Positions 61,857-64,000 of a DNA stretch of 64,000 nucleotides are shown piece after piece. The position numbers were made by a program, and so were the translations under genes. Origin of the DNA: Schmidtea nova (Eukaryota). The notes below the pieces were generated by a model, which worked only from the letters and a program-made list of their open reading frames with translations, had not been told where the DNA came from and ran no database searches. Within the stretch, counting starts at the first letter, position 1. Each line of letters begins with the position of its first letter. The stretch spans positions 135,036,001-135,100,000 of the forward strand of contig CM097882.1 of assembly GCA_044892505.1 (NCBI GenBank). Reading direction: 5' to 3'.

Positions 61857-62455
61857 TTCTAAGTTATAAATGCAATTTTAAAATTTATCTCTAGGTTACT
61901 TATATAATGAGCAAATTAATGAGCATATTTCGTATAAAATATTAAAATAGTCTAAAAATTAATAAACTCCACTTTTAATCATATTAGAAAATATCATAAA
62001 TTAAATTTAAATAAGAATAAAAGACTTTATATATCACTAAACCTGTATTATAATATAATTGTATTATAATATAATGATATGAATTTTTAATGCCAATTGC
62101 TGCCATTCTTTTGAATATATTATCAAAAATAATATTTTTCAATTGAAATAAATTCTGAATTTACGGTTATTTTTTATTAATTTTTTAAGACTAAATCAAA
62201 TTTTTTTTAATTTTACGAATTTTCTGCATATCTTTATTAAAGTGTGTATGTGTATAAATAAACATGGAAATAGAAGTTGTGCAAAAAAGTAGTGTATTTA
62301 AAAAAAAAATAAAAAATCGATCTGTAGTCTTGATAAAAAAATGAAAATTTCTAAAATAAAAAGAAAAGATCAACGAATAAAATAAGAGAAGGTGATGATA
62401 CATTTTACTTATTTATTTTAAATTTTTAATGTTGTTTCATTTCATTTATTAATTT

Positions 62456-62909
62456 TATATAAGTAGTAGGAAGTGAGCCCGCCAGATATAGGTCAAGACC
62501 CCCCTATAAATTTTTTTATGTAGGTCATTTTAAAAATTTAAAAATTATTATTGACCTACTTATTTTAACCTTAAATTCACCTTAAAAATATTTAACCTAC
62601 TTATTTTGTCCTTATCGTGACCTTAAATCGACATACTTTTTGACCTCAAGTGTCCTTAAAACGACATTGACCTATTTTGTCCTTAAACCACAAATTTGAC
62701 CTCGACATTGTCCTACCTTTTGACCTTAAGGAGTCCTCAGAGTGACCTTAAGCGAAAAATTTGACCTTAAATTCACCTTAAGCGAAAAATTTGACCTTAA
62801 ATTCACCTTAAGCGAAAAATTTGACCTTAAAATGACCTACATAAAAATTTTTTTTTCTAGGGGGGGTCTTAACCTATATCTGGAGGGCTCACTTCCTACT
62901 ACTTATATA
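62456..62909. mobile_element. Unclassified MITE with ~75-bp TIRs and internal tandem repeats
   Basis: TIR tatataagtagtaggaagtgagccc.ccagatatagg..aagaccccccta...atgtaggtcattttaa at both ends; three copies of a 30-bp unit (ttcaccttaagcgaaaaatttgaccttaaa) at ~62742-62831. Confidence 0.88.
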
Positions 62910-63061
62910 ATACTTTCTCTTCAAATAAATTAAGGCACTCAATTTTAAGATAACAAGATGCCTAAATAGCTAAAATCGAAATGAGCAGCATGATAAATAA
63001 GAATTTACAAACTCATTGTGAAGATATCTTAAGCCATCAATACATCTTGACCTTTTATTGT

Positions 63062-63499
63062 GATGTACAGTAATGTCTTCTTCGGCATCGTTCCAGTCGT
63101 CGTTCTTTCCACTCTTGTATTGCTGATAAGAGAGGCTGTTGCCGATTTCTTATTCGAATCGAACAACATGACGAACATCAGCAACGGGCCTAGGTATTTC
63201 ATTTATCTTAATATTTATCGAAGAATTTATTCTTGAAACGATTTTTTACCACATAAATTTAGACTGAAAATCTTTTACTAAAATTACTTGCCCCTCTAAA
63301 ACTCTGTCAATGTACCCAAAATATTGAGCTTTTTCTTCGAATAAACGTCAATTGTAACTGAACAATCTGCTTGATGGAGCAGAGTTTTATTGTTTTTGTG
63401 CCGAACAGCCTTGCACCAAAAATTGACATCCCGAGTACCGTTATGCTCCTTGACACCAATAACTTGATTATGTGATGGTTCCACATTAAGAAGGCACAC
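63062..63499. other. GC-richer segment with probable exon(s) of another gene; strand unresolved
   Basis: + frame MYSNVFFGIVPVVVLSTLVLLIREAVA (signal-peptide-like) ends at a GT; a minus-strand ORF 63296-63499 begins right after a ttttag acceptor. Confidence 0.3.
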
Positions 63500-64000
63500 C
63501 TAAAAGATAAATTAGCGTCCCACTTAACTCAAACTTTCTGATTTTATTATTCATTCAAGTCACTCATCGTCAAGAAAAGACGTTGCAAAATCTTTATTGT
63601 TCAATATGGTTAAATAATCTGACAGCTGTGACAAAATACAAACAAACGTAATATATTTAACTAACGGATATTTCCAAATAGTGTGAGTGGTCCAAATAGC
63701 TTAAAAATTCAGATGTTATTAAAATTTAATTTATGGCTTGTCTGTTAATTATTTTAATTTTCACGATTTTAAATGTATTTGAAGTGTCCAAATAGTATAC
63801 ATATTTTTAATTTTTTACACGAGAATCTAAAAATACAGAAAATTATCTGTTCATTTAAACATAATTTTTTTTCTAGATATCAATTTATTGCTACTTGTTC
63901 TAAATATTTTCAATTAAAATAGAATTATTTTTTCAAAACGGAATATTAGAGAGCTATTTATATTTAGATAAATAAACAAAAAGACTGTGAAAAAGTAAAG

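Noticed and set aside
62742-62933. ORF with TLSEKFDLKF repeats
   Set aside because: Translation of the 30-bp tandem repeat inside a MITE.

Overview
AT-rich eukaryotic (metazoan-like) DNA with very short GT-AG introns (about 42-61 nt). The main feature is a spliced + strand gene region (at least 19309-55402) encoding plectin/plakin-repeat-like motifs. It is built from five tandem modules, each [69-nt exon, 118/121-nt exon, ~2-kb exon, 156-168-nt coiled-coil exon]; module 1 has a different set of leading exons. The modules splice in frame at phase 0 (about 4,120 codons by my exon model, no start or stop found). Their large exons are mosaics of near-identical and divergent tracts, and one module arose from a recent 6.33-kb tandem duplication. 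Further candidate + strand exons lie at 1.8-5.2 kb and 13.3-14.3 kb. Introns and flanks hold: an intact Penelope-like retroelement (RT + GIY-YIG) with three minimal hammerhead ribozyme copies, inserted into an array of ~80-nt hairpin units; a decayed hAT with TIRs and 8-bp TSD; three Ty3/Gypsy fragments, one with an inverted LTR-end/LTR-start junction; a decayed Tc1; a second Penelope remnant with a decayed hammerhead; several MITEs; and an actin pseudogene. The N runs behave like masked simple-repeat tracts rather than sized gaps. No rRNA, tRNA or CRISPR array was found. All gene models are manual and unverified by transcripts.
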